A DNA stretch of 14,182 nucleotides. Origin: Gemmatimonadota bacterium (GTDB lineage Bacteria; Gemmatimonadota; Gemmatimonadetes; Gemmatimonadales; GWC2-71-9). A program made the translations under genes and the position numbers. The stretch is from assembly GCA_036679605.1 (NCBI GenBank), contig JAZDCZ010000037.1, positions 1 through 14,182 on the forward strand, read 5' to 3'. Positions 7,168 through 14,182 of this stretch are shown here, piece by piece; position 1 is the stretch's first letter, and the number at the start of each line of letters is the position of its first letter. The notes under the pieces were generated by a model. It was not told the DNA's origin. It saw nothing but the letters and a program-made list of their open reading frames with translations, and made no database searches.

Positions 7168-9210
7168 CTATTGCTGCGGCGCAACCGCCGGTTCAGTGGG
7201 TAGGCTCACCGGATCGCCGCACTGATTCATCGAAAATCCATAGTAGGGATTGCGGGCCTGGTCGCCGGTTTGCAGCCAACTGCTGCCGGCCATCGGGCAG
7301 TAGAAAGCGCTCAGTTCCATGTCTATATTGTCCGGGCCGACGAGGGCCAGCAGTCCGGTCAGTTCTTTGGAGAGTTCGCTGAACTGCGCGCGAACCGAAT
7401 CGAGCGAACGACCGCGCATCCGAGCAGTCGTTCTGAGCGCCGCCTCTACGTGGGCGCGCGCAGATGCGTGACCCGCGTTCTCCTCGTCGGCGACAGCCAG
7501 AAATACCGCCATTGGTGCCTCCAGTTGATCAACAACCGCCGCGAGGCTGTCGCGCCCGTCTTGGGCAAGGACGTTCTGTAAAGCCAAATAGCCCGCAAAA
7601 ATAGGTTCGGCGGCTGTCGCCAGATCCGAGGCCGAACCCATACGCGGCGCATCGACAAGGACCGGCGGCACCCCCTCTTCCGATGGTACCGCCATAGCCA
7701 TCTCGGCATCGCTAGACATCTCGGCACCCCGTTGTGAGTTCTGTTCGTCTGCGCCGCCCCCTTTCTGGTCAATCATTTTCAGCACTGCCTCGCGAAGCTT
7801 AGACTCGCTGTCCAGCAGGAACTGACCGCTCGTCACAACGAGTTCGCTTTCGCTAAGCCCTTGAAGGACCTCGACCAAATCGTCACCGAGATCGACGCCG
7901 ATTTGCAGATAACGGGGTTCGAAGCGCCCTTCTCCCAGAGCAACAAAGGCGACTTGCCGTGCACCGGTATCGATGACAGCCGAGCGAGGTATCTGCAGGC
8001 CTTCGCGTCCAAGATCCGCACGGAGCTGCACGTCGGCGAACATCCCGGGCTTGAGCTCCAAGTGGGGATTGTCGAATTCAAGTCGTACTTTAACGGTTCG
8101 CGTGCCGGTATCGACGAAGGGATACACGTAGATGACTTTGCCGTGGAAGACCTTCCCCGGCAGGTAGGACAATTCCACCGTCGCGTCCTGACCGATCTTG
8201 ACGAACGAAACTTCGTTCTCATAGATATCCACGTATACCCACACACGCGACAGGTCGGCGATCGTGTAGAGCTTCATGCCTGGACGGACCTGCATCCCGT
8301 CGCGCGCCGTCTTTTCCGTGATGATCCCGGTGTAGGGACTCATCAGTTCGAGCGTCTTTGTGGGTTTTCCACGCTGTTCGAGCGCGTCGATCTGCTCATC
8401 GCTGATATCGAAGAGCTTCAATCGCAGCCTTGCAGACTCGACCAACTCTCGCATGTAACGCCCGGCCTGCGGTAAAATGTCGGAGGTGACCGTATCTCCG
8501 GCCCTAATGGCTAAGAGGTACTCCTCCTGCGATGAGTACAGTTCGGGTGAATACACGCGAAACAAGGGCATACCTTTTTCGACCTGCTGCCCTGTGTAAT
8601 CGGCGTACAGTTGTTCAATCCATCCATTGAACTTCGTCGTGACCTCACGAACGTTCCGTTCGTCGTAGTCTATCGAACCGACGGTACGCACCGTACGCGC
8701 AACCGGCTTTCGTTCGACCGAAGCCGTCCTCACTCCCATGTGCTGCACGACGACAGGGGAGATACGAATCTCGGCGCTCCCCTGCCCGCCCCTCTCGTCT
8801 TCGTAGACGGGAACCAAATCCATACCCATAGGACTCTTGCCCGGATGATCGGAAATAAAATCTGGATCCATCGGAGCACGCCAATACTTCACTTTACGTT
8901 TGGCTCCGGCTGAGTGTTTCTGCGGAGGCTGGGTCTGTACCTTGACGGGCGTCAACTCCATCTGACAGATGGGACATTCACCCGGTTCCTCGGAAAGAAC
9001 TTGTGGATGCATGCCACAGGTGTAGAGTTCTGCGCCGGCGTGTTCGTGCTTATGCGGGTCGACCGCTACCGGAGTTGCAGATTTGCTCTCCGGCCAGAAG
9101 GCCAGCAACAAAACAGCGGCGCAGCCTGCGACGATCAGGATCGTCCATATGCGAATGCTCCCTCCGGCGATGCAGCCGAAGCGATACCTGGTAGGATGGG
9201 CGTCTCTCAT
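7168..9210 (-). CDS. cusB: CusB-type RND periplasmic adaptor with N-terminal heavy-metal-binding modules and C-terminal DUF3347-like domain (680 aa)
   Basis: N-terminal TM anchor; YTCGMHPQV..PGECPICQMELTP; YWRAPMDP..PGKSPMGMDLVPVY; adaptor core (GWIEQL, YSPELYSSQEEYL, ADLSRVWV, TRTVKVR, LKPGMF, SGQFLLDSES); C-terminal YCPMAGSSWLQ..NPYYG.SM..CG. ATGA overlap with the upstream stop at 9207-9210 and GGAG at 9222-9219. Confidence 0.95.
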   Translation of the reverse strand: MRDAHPTRYRFGCIAGGSIRIWTILIVAGCAAVLLLAFWPESKSATPVAVDPHKHEHAGAELYTCGMHPQVLSEEPGECPICQMELTPVKVQTQPPQKHSAGAKRKVKYWRAPMDPDFISDHPGKSPMGMDLVPVYEDERGGQGSAEIRISPVVVQHMGVRTASVERKPVARTVRTVGSIDYDERNVREVTTKFNGWIEQLYADYTGQQVEKGMPLFRVYSPELYSSQEEYLLAIRAGDTVTSDILPQAGRYMRELVESARLRLKLFDISDEQIDALEQRGKPTKTLELMSPYTGIITEKTARDGMQVRPGMKLYTIADLSRVWVYVDIYENEVSFVKIGQDATVELSYLPGKVFHGKVIYVYPFVDTGTRTVKVRLEFDNPHLELKPGMFADVQLRADLGREGLQIPRSAVIDTGARQVAFVALGEGRFEPRYLQIGVDLGDDLVEVLQGLSESELVVTSGQFLLDSESKLREAVLKMIDQKGGGADEQNSQRGAEMSSDAEMAMAVPSEEGVPPVLVDAPRMGSASDLATAAEPIFAGYLALQNVLAQDGRDSLAAVVDQLEAPMAVFLAVADEENAGHASARAHVEAALRTTARMRGRSLDSVRAQFSELSKELTGLLALVGPDNIDMELSAFYCPMAGSSWLQTGDQARNPYYGFSMNQCGDPVSLPTEPAVAPQQ

Positions 9211-10628
9211 GACTCTATCTCCAGACCAGTCGGCGAGATTGGTAGGGAAGCACCTATCAACCTCTCCAATTCGGCCAGTTCTTGCTGGAATGAACTCAGG
9301 CTTTTCTCGTACGAGATTTCAAAGTCGAGCAGCCGTCTCCAGTTCTCCACGAAAGTCAGGAAATCCACCTGCCCGGCACGATAAGCCGATACCGTCGCAT
9401 CGAGAGTCTGGCGGGCTTCGGGAACGATTACGCTGCCGAACAGTTGCACCAGACGTTGCTCAGCGTCGACTTTCAGCATCCCTTCTTGAATCTCGAAAGC
9501 CGTAGAATCCTCGACTTCAGTCAACGCCTGACGGCTGGCTTGTAAACGGGCTTCGGCCTGTTCCCGGCCGGCGCCTAGGCGCCCAAACCATATGGGAAGC
9601 GTGATTCCCAGCGTCAGTTGGCGATTGTCTTTGCCGTTGGCCACGGGGCTGACGCCGGAACTGTCGATCTCCGTGTAGCGATAGTCGACCGTTACATCGG
9701 GCAGGTAGTCGAGTTGTGCGAGCTTGAGCGATGCGCGTGCACGCTCGATATTCTCTCTCGCCGCGGCAATGTCCGGATTCGTCTCGGAAGCGGTCGCAAT
9801 CAACTCGGCCAGCTCGACTTGGACCTTCGCCGCCTTTATCGGCGTAGTCACGGGCAAAGGACGGTTTACCGGGTATGACATGAGACGGTTCAACCGAGCC
9901 CGCGCTGTATCACGGCTCTGCCGCAGCGTAATCAGTTGGTTCTCGAGGTCGTAAAGTTCCACCTGGGCGCGAAGGACGTCTTGCTGAGGAACGCGTCCGG
10001 TTTCGTACTTGCGCGCCGCAATATTGCGAAAATCGCGAAGCAGATTGCGGCTTTTGGTCGTTAGCTCGATCGAACGATCGGCGAAGTAAAGCACATAAAA
10101 AGCGCGGCGAACCTCAGCACGCAGCCGCAGCAACTCGCCACGATAGGCTTCATAGGCCGCAGCCGCCACGTGCGACGCCGCCCGGCCACGTGTGTAGAGC
10201 TTGGCGGGAAACGGAATTTTCTGGCTGATGCCGATCGCTCCGCTTACCTGACCCGCGGCCGTTTCCGTCAAATCTCCCGAGGAAGGGACGACCGTAAGCG
10301 ATGGGTCGGGCAAACTGGTCGCCCGTGCGATCTCGTAGCCGGCCGCTTCCGCGTTGCGCAGTGCCCGCTTCAATCCAGGATTGCGCGCGAACGCCGTCGC
10401 AAGGTAATCCTCGACGGTCGCCGAGACCGGCAGGCCAGGGAGTTCCGGCTTCGCCTCCGACGCCTTCGACCTTGCGTGATCCTCGCCGATTGTGCGGGTG
10501 AGGCCGAGACTCGTGTAAGTGCCGTAGGCTTCCCTATTGCTGCCGAGGAGGGCCGGACTGCAGCTCGCCGAAGCGATCGCTACAACAACCGACGCAGCCA
10601 AATAGCCGCTTCTCCTAGTCGCCCTCAT
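9207..10628 (-). CDS. TolC-family outer-membrane efflux factor (CusC-like, probable lipoprotein, ~473 aa)
   Basis: Two OEP-like repeats (ARNPGL..LPDP..ISQKIPFPAKL..KYETG..QQDVLRAQVE; TNPDI..YLPD..ITLPIW..AYRAGQVDFLTF). Located directly before the adaptor. Best start is ATG 10628 (MRATRR..VAIASASC; basic N-region, hydrophobic core, imperfect lipobox Cys), preceded by GAGGG and overlapping the upstream gene by 14 nt. Confidence 0.93.
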   Translation of the reverse strand: MRATRRSGYLAASVVVAIASASCSPALLGSNREAYGTYTSLGLTRTIGEDHARSKASEAKPELPGLPVSATVEDYLATAFARNPGLKRALRNAEAAGYEIARATSLPDPSLTVVPSSGDLTETAAGQVSGAIGISQKIPFPAKLYTRGRAASHVAAAAYEAYRGELLRLRAEVRRAFYVLYFADRSIELTTKSRNLLRDFRNIAARKYETGRVPQQDVLRAQVELYDLENQLITLRQSRDTARARLNRLMSYPVNRPLPVTTPIKAAKVQVELAELIATASETNPDIAAARENIERARASLKLAQLDYLPDVTVDYRYTEIDSSGVSPVANGKDNRQLTLGITLPIWFGRLGAGREQAEARLQASRQALTEVEDSTAFEIQEGMLKVDAEQRLVQLFGSVIVPEARQTLDATVSAYRAGQVDFLTFVENWRRLLDFEISYEKSLSSFQQELAELERLIGASLPISPTGLEIES

Positions 10629-11067
10629 AGGCTTTACCCTCACCTGCGCGGTCGCCATTTGCGTGTAGATGTTCATCGTCATGTTCATGCCGGCCCCCCT
10701 GACCATGGTTCTCATGGCCGTGGTCTACTGTTCCGTGTCGTGCGTTACCGTTTTCCCCGTAGCCTTCAGGGGCGTAGCGGATTTCTTCAGCAACATCCCC
10801 GCCGCCGTGCAACTCGACAACGACCCGCATTCCAGGGCGTAGGTCTTCTAACGTCCCGGACTCCTCACCGAGCGAGTTATATCGTGTAGTTGGACCGATC
10901 TTGACGACAACGGTTCCGTTGGCCTCGGATTCGATCCTGATCTCCGACCTGTCGATGGCCTGGATGGTTCCATACAAGACCTCTTCTGCGCCACCATGCG
11001 CATCGGCGATTCCACAGAGGCCGAGCATGAGAACCAGCACCAAGGTCGGGGTTGATATTCGTTTCAT
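10615..11067 (-). CDS. Exported small beta-rich (OB-fold/DUF5666-like) protein with His-rich tail (150 aa)
   Basis: Start ATG 11067 with GAGGGAG upstream. Signal peptide MKRIS...GIADA|HGG. Pattern GTIQAID..IRI..VVVKIGPTTRY..GTLEDLRPGMRVVVE resembles small OB barrels. Eight His in the acidic C-terminal tail. The fold call is inference. Confidence 0.82.
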   Translation of the reverse strand: MKRISTPTLVLVLMLGLCGIADAHGGAEEVLYGTIQAIDRSEIRIESEANGTVVVKIGPTTRYNSLGEESGTLEDLRPGMRVVVELHGGGDVAEEIRYAPEGYGENGNARHGTVDHGHENHGQGGRHEHDDEHLHANGDRAGEGKAYEGD

Positions 11068-11089
11068 CGCATTGACTCCCTCTTCGCGT

Positions 11090-11698
11090 TCAATGATGAC
11101 CGTCTGCAGCCCGTGCCCGAGGCGCCCCATGCAGCACAAACTCGGCTTCAGCGGTCCGTTGGGCGCATTCACGCGGGCTCATCGGATTCCATCCTTTCAT
11201 CTGCGCTAATTCGCTTCCCGAGATGTCCGGCAGATGTCGGATGAAGTGCACCAGATTCCCGCTCTCCATATCCTCGTCCGAACGCCCGTTCCCCCAAGCC
11301 GGCATACCGTTGAGGCGTACTCCGTTCGAGATAACGTAAAACAGCTCGCCATCGGTCAGGGATTGTGTTTCGTCCCTACGCATATCGGGAGCCTTCGGGT
11401 ACAGGTTACGGCCGATCGCCGTGTCGCCACTTCCGTCGTTGGCATGGCAGACAGCGCAGTGGTCGGCGAAGTGCTCGAGTGCGCTTTCTAGAACGCCGGG
11501 CGAGACAGAAACCGGATTCGGCAACTCAGCGGCCCCGGCGGGCAGCGCCAAACGACGCGCCGCGCGGGCGAGGACTTTTTCCACAGCGCTCGGTCGCTCT
11601 CGCGCGCTGAAGCCACGCCCACGGATCGATATCCATCCGATCGCAAGAGCGACCGCTATCAAACTCAGCAGCATCGCTGTTCTTTTCTTTCCCATCAT
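11090..11698 (-). CDS. Membrane-anchored or exported monoheme c-type cytochrome (~202 aa)
   Basis: Heme motif CAVCH, followed by LYPKAPDM, TDGELFYVISNGVR, and the probable axial Met in GMPAWG. N-terminal KKR plus hydrophobic helix. Start ATG 11698/11695 with GGAG at 11711-11708 (11734 is an alternative). Confidence 0.92.
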   Translation of the reverse strand: MMGKKRTAMLLSLIAVALAIGWISIRGRGFSARERPSAVEKVLARAARRLALPAGAAELPNPVSVSPGVLESALEHFADHCAVCHANDGSGDTAIGRNLYPKAPDMRRDETQSLTDGELFYVISNGVRLNGMPAWGNGRSDEDMESGNLVHFIRHLPDISGSELAQMKGWNPMSPRECAQRTAEAEFVLHGAPRARAADGHH

Positions 11699-11909
11699 TT
11701 CGACTTGCTCCGTCGACTCGAGTCGTCTTTTCATCGTGTCCGCATCACCGCTGGCCAGTCGACGGGCCATCGCCGGAGCCACTGCAAAACTTACGCGATC
11801 CACGCCGTTGGACATGCATCTATCGGGCAATGGTCGCGAACGTCGTCGCCGTGCGCGTAAGACTCGCCCCGCGTAAGCGGAACGGGTCCAATCTATTCGG
11901 GGTGGGAAG

Positions 11910-12389
11910 TCAGATTAGAAAGGAAGCGTTCGTCAAGTATAGAGGCGGAGACAGAGCCAGGTTAGCCACAGGCTCGCGCGTAACCTTCTCGGCCCGGCAA
12001 TCTGCAAGCTCGCACTGTATCAGCGAAACCGTAACGACGCCGGTGGGAGCGTCGAGGTCGATGTTCTTGCTGACCGTGACACGGAACTTGCCGGTCAACT
12101 CGCAGCAGGTACGAGCGGGCATTTGGTCATCGGCGCTAGAAGCATCGGCATGAGTAAGCTCGACACCGTGAGAGCCGCTATGCCCAACAGCATGCGAGTC
12201 GTGAGAATCCGCTTGGGCGGAGTGTTGCATGGGACCGGCGAGCATGGGGCAGCACGCCGAGGACCCTTCGGCTCCCCCTAAGGGAGCGGCAATGCAACAG
12301 ACGGACATGTAGGGAAGCCATACGGTAGCGACTACGGCCAGTGTCAACCGTGACCGTCTCAATCTCGAAAAACGCATACGCTCAAACAT
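11910..12389 (-). CDS. Cys/His-rich exported-type hypothetical protein, candidate metal-sensing leader (HYC_CC_PP / CutF / CruR-like architecture)
   Basis: Basic plus hydrophobic N-terminus, three CC pairs plus CxxxxC, six His in a low-complexity linker, and C-terminus LSPPLYLTNASFLI. First ORF of the metal-efflux cluster. Start is 12389 or 12377. Confidence 0.72.
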   Translation of the reverse strand: MFERMRFSRLRRSRLTLAVVATVWLPYMSVCCIAAPLGGAEGSSACCPMLAGPMQHSAQADSHDSHAVGHSGSHGVELTHADASSADDQMPARTCCELTGKFRVTVSKNIDLDAPTGVVTVSLIQCELADCRAEKVTREPVANLALSPPLYLTNASFLI

Positions 12390-12412
12390 GATACCGGGAA
12401 TCGTCCCTTTCT

Positions 12413-12442
12413 ATGATGGACACTTCACAGCACGTCCGTCAA
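12413..12442 (-). promoter_or_regulatory. Candidate sigma70-type promoter for the efflux cluster
   Basis: TTGACG (12442-12437), 18-nt spacer, CATCAT (12418-12413) in the 93-bp gap before the leader ORF. Confidence 0.4.
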
Positions 12443-12482
12443 CCGCAACTTCGCCTACCCTCGCCCGGCCCCGGAAACAGGC

Positions 12483-13715
12483 CTATTCCGCCGCCGTCGG
12501 CGCCGAGCCCGGAAGAAGTTTTGGTACCAGGAAAAGGACCCAGACCAAGGTCGCGGCAAGGAAAGCGCCGGCCGATAAACCAAGCCAGAGAAAAAAGTGA
12601 GATGGGTCGAAATCGACAAGCGCGCGACCCATGATCGCCGACCCAACGAGTCCGCCGATAGCCCCTACCTGCCAAGGGCGACCCGTCATCTGTTGTTGAT
12701 GGCCGCCGTGGCCAAGCACGACTTGGGTACTTACGGACAGGGAAAGAAGAGCGAAACCTCCTATAAACGCTACATGAAGACCGGCCTTGTACTGCCCCGG
12801 AAGAGCCGCAGCCAAAAAGTATCCGAGCGGCAGCATCCAAGCCGAAATCCATAGGAGTCGACGATTCCATCCCGGTTGCGACGGTGGTTTCCACAAGCCC
12901 ACGCCTAACAGCAGTTCGGCCAGCACCACTACCGCCCGCAGGAACCTCCCCGCCGAGGGCCAGCCTCTTACCTCGATGACAAAGCCGATGACCAGCAACG
13001 CCGCCGCCACAATATGCAACACGCGCACAAGGTAGTCCCGAGGACTGGACTGACCGTCAGCCGGTGCCTCGCCACGCGTCATCAACGGTATGGCCAGCCC
13101 TCCAACACCAAGGATGAAGGCGGTGAACATGCCCTGAGTGAGCAAGACCAATCCGAGTGTATGCAGCCATAGATAGTCGGTGCCCAAAACCCCGTAGGCT
13201 CCGCCCATCAACGAGCCGCTTATCCCCATGAGCAAACCGACGGGTATCCACACGAAACTGTTGGGTGGACGGCGTCTCGAAGTCGAACTGATAAACCGGC
13301 GCACGGCGAATCCGATCAGCGTAAAAGCCAGCACCAACCAGGAGCCCTGGGCTATAAGCCAATGCTGGCTCCAGGCGGCCGCGGCCGTAACTAGCGGCGC
13401 GCCGATGGCGATGAACATCTGCCAGACCTCGGGAGGTGCGCTGCCGGTACGCCGAGGGATCATCGTGAAGAGGAAACCGGTGGCAAAACACATCAGGAAT
13501 CCCTGGATCTGCACCATCGCGTGAAATACGGGGCGGTAGTTTGCAAGTATGCCTACGGCATGTAGCAGCCAGTGACCCACCCCGGTCCAGGCCAGGGCTA
13601 CACCCAAGGGGAAGAGCAGACGGTAGGGCTCACGCCGCCATAAGGGTGCGGTCGCAAGCTCATCACTGACCTTGACAGTCCCGGGGGGAATCCATGCGGG
13701 GGTCGGATTGGACAC
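12483..13715 (-). CDS. nnrS: NnrS family integral membrane protein (~410 aa; start uncertain)
   Basis: EPYRLLFPLG, FHAMVQIQGF..ATGFLFTMIPRRTG, LHVAFIGGF and QVVLGHGG match NnrS patterns, with about 12 TM helices. In-frame GTG starts occur at 13715, 13739 and 13769, none with a clear SD. Confidence 0.82.
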   Translation of the reverse strand: MSNPTPAWIPPGTVKVSDELATAPLWRREPYRLLFPLGVALAWTGVGHWLLHAVGILANYRPVFHAMVQIQGFLMCFATGFLFTMIPRRTGSAPPEVWQMFIAIGAPLVTAAAAWSQHWLIAQGSWLVLAFTLIGFAVRRFISSTSRRRPPNSFVWIPVGLLMGISGSLMGGAYGVLGTDYLWLHTLGLVLLTQGMFTAFILGVGGLAIPLMTRGEAPADGQSSPRDYLVRVLHIVAAALLVIGFVIEVRGWPSAGRFLRAVVVLAELLLGVGLWKPPSQPGWNRRLLWISAWMLPLGYFLAAALPGQYKAGLHVAFIGGFALLSLSVSTQVVLGHGGHQQQMTGRPWQVGAIGGLVGSAIMGRALVDFDPSHFFLWLGLSAGAFLAATLVWVLFLVPKLLPGSAPTAAE

Positions 13716-13803
13716 AACAACGGGAATGTTAACAATCACGGCATAAGGGCGCCAACGACAAGGGGGCACTCCGTTGCCGATCGGTGCTTTGTTGCGGAGA
13801 CAT

Positions 13804-14182
13804 ATGGATCGATTCCATGACCGCAGGGATGCAGGTCGCCGGCTCGGCGAACAACTGCAAACCTACAGATACAACGATGCCCTCGTGCTCGGCCTTCCTC
13901 GCGGCGGTGTCACGGTGGCCGAGCAGATTGCACTCGCTCTGGTCTGCGATCTGGACATCATTGTATCCCGAAAACTGAGGACGCCGGGGCAGCCTGAGTT
14001 GGCAATCGGAGCGCTCGCCGAAGGCGGCATCGCGACATGGAACGTCGAGTTCATCACGGAATTCGGATTGACAAGGGCCCAACGCGAAAAGGAACTCAGT
14101 CGGGTTCGCAAAGAACTGGAACACCTCTCCGCCGCTTACCGCTCCGAACTTGAAAGGGCTCCGATAGGCGGTCGGGTCGTTA
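13804..14182 (+). CDS. Predicted phosphoribosyltransferase (COG1926-like), 5' part only; absent from ORF track
   Basis: GGAGA at 13796-13800, then ATG 13804. Manual translation: MDRFHDRRDAGRRLGEQL..LVLGLPRGGVTVAEQIALALVCDLDIIVSRKLRTPGQPELAIGALAEGG...YR..RAPIGGRVV, open to the window edge just before the expected VDDG PRPP motif. Confidence 0.92.
   Translation, partial: MDRFHDRRDAGRRLGEQLQTYRYNDALVLGLPRGGVTVAEQIALALVCDLDIIVSRKLRTPGQPELAIGALAEGGIATWNVEFITEFGLTRAQREKELSRVRKELEHLSAAYRSELERAPIGGRVV

Noticed and set aside
10629..10715. Met-rich N-terminal extension of the outer-membrane factor ORF (MRTMVRGAGMNMTMNIYTQM) that looks like a Cu-binding tag
   Set aside because: It arises from CAT-G His codons of the overlapping His-tail gene read in another frame. 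The SD and signal peptide support a start at 10628.
11699..11830. Longer cytochrome N-terminus given in the ORF track
   Set aside because: It would place about 44 residues before the signal/anchor helix. The SD supports 11698, although 11734 is not excluded.
12390..12482. CueR/MerR-type or CusR operator
   Set aside because: The spacer is 18 rather than 19 nt, and no recognisable dyad is present.
2879..12482. Efflux cluster as a mobile island
   Set aside because: No transposase, integrase, tRNA, flanking repeats or evident compositional shift seen.
681..13524. Numerous antisense and alternate-frame ORFs (e.g. 1368-1943, 5523-6119, 7861-8475, 10170-10889)
   Set aside because: They lie over well-supported genes, show no motifs, and are expected in GC-rich DNA.
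13672..13677. Perfect TTGACA on the + strand
   Set aside because: No -10 element at 16-18 nt, and it lies inside the probable nnrS coding region.
13726..13739. ATGTT-AACA-ATCAC as an FNR/NnrR box upstream of nnrS
   Set aside because: Only 7/10 match to TTGAT-N4-ATCAA, and the nnrS start is uncertain, so too weak to call.
13729..14124. Minus-strand 131-aa and 82-aa ORFs and plus-strand 64-aa ORF
   Set aside because: Shadows of the phosphoribosyltransferase-like gene starting at 13804.

Overview
GC-rich bacterial chromosomal window with no RNA genes, CRISPR array or mobile element that I can recognise. The core is a ~9.5 kb minus-strand Cu(I)/Ag(I)-type RND efflux cluster (12389->2925). Gene order: Cys/His-rich leader-like ORF ending in PPLYL..FLI, monoheme cytochrome c, exported His-tailed beta-barrel-like protein, TolC/CusC-type outer-membrane factor, CusB-type adaptor (two metal-binding modules plus a C-terminal DUF3347-like domain), CusA-type pump with several large insertions, and a stand-alone DUF3347-like protein. 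No CusF or transcriptional regulator is visible in the window. Left flank: acyl-CoA dehydrogenase with a closely spaced hypothetical gene running off the edge, and a divergent MAPEG gene. Right flank: NnrS-family gene and a divergent phosphoribosyltransferase-like gene running off the edge. Both edge genes are absent from the ORF track. The most interesting hypothesis is metal-responsive translational attenuation by the leader ORF acting through a structured 211-nt spacer, controlling a pump with non-canonical periplasmic accessory proteins. All family calls are from motif recognition by eye, not database searches.
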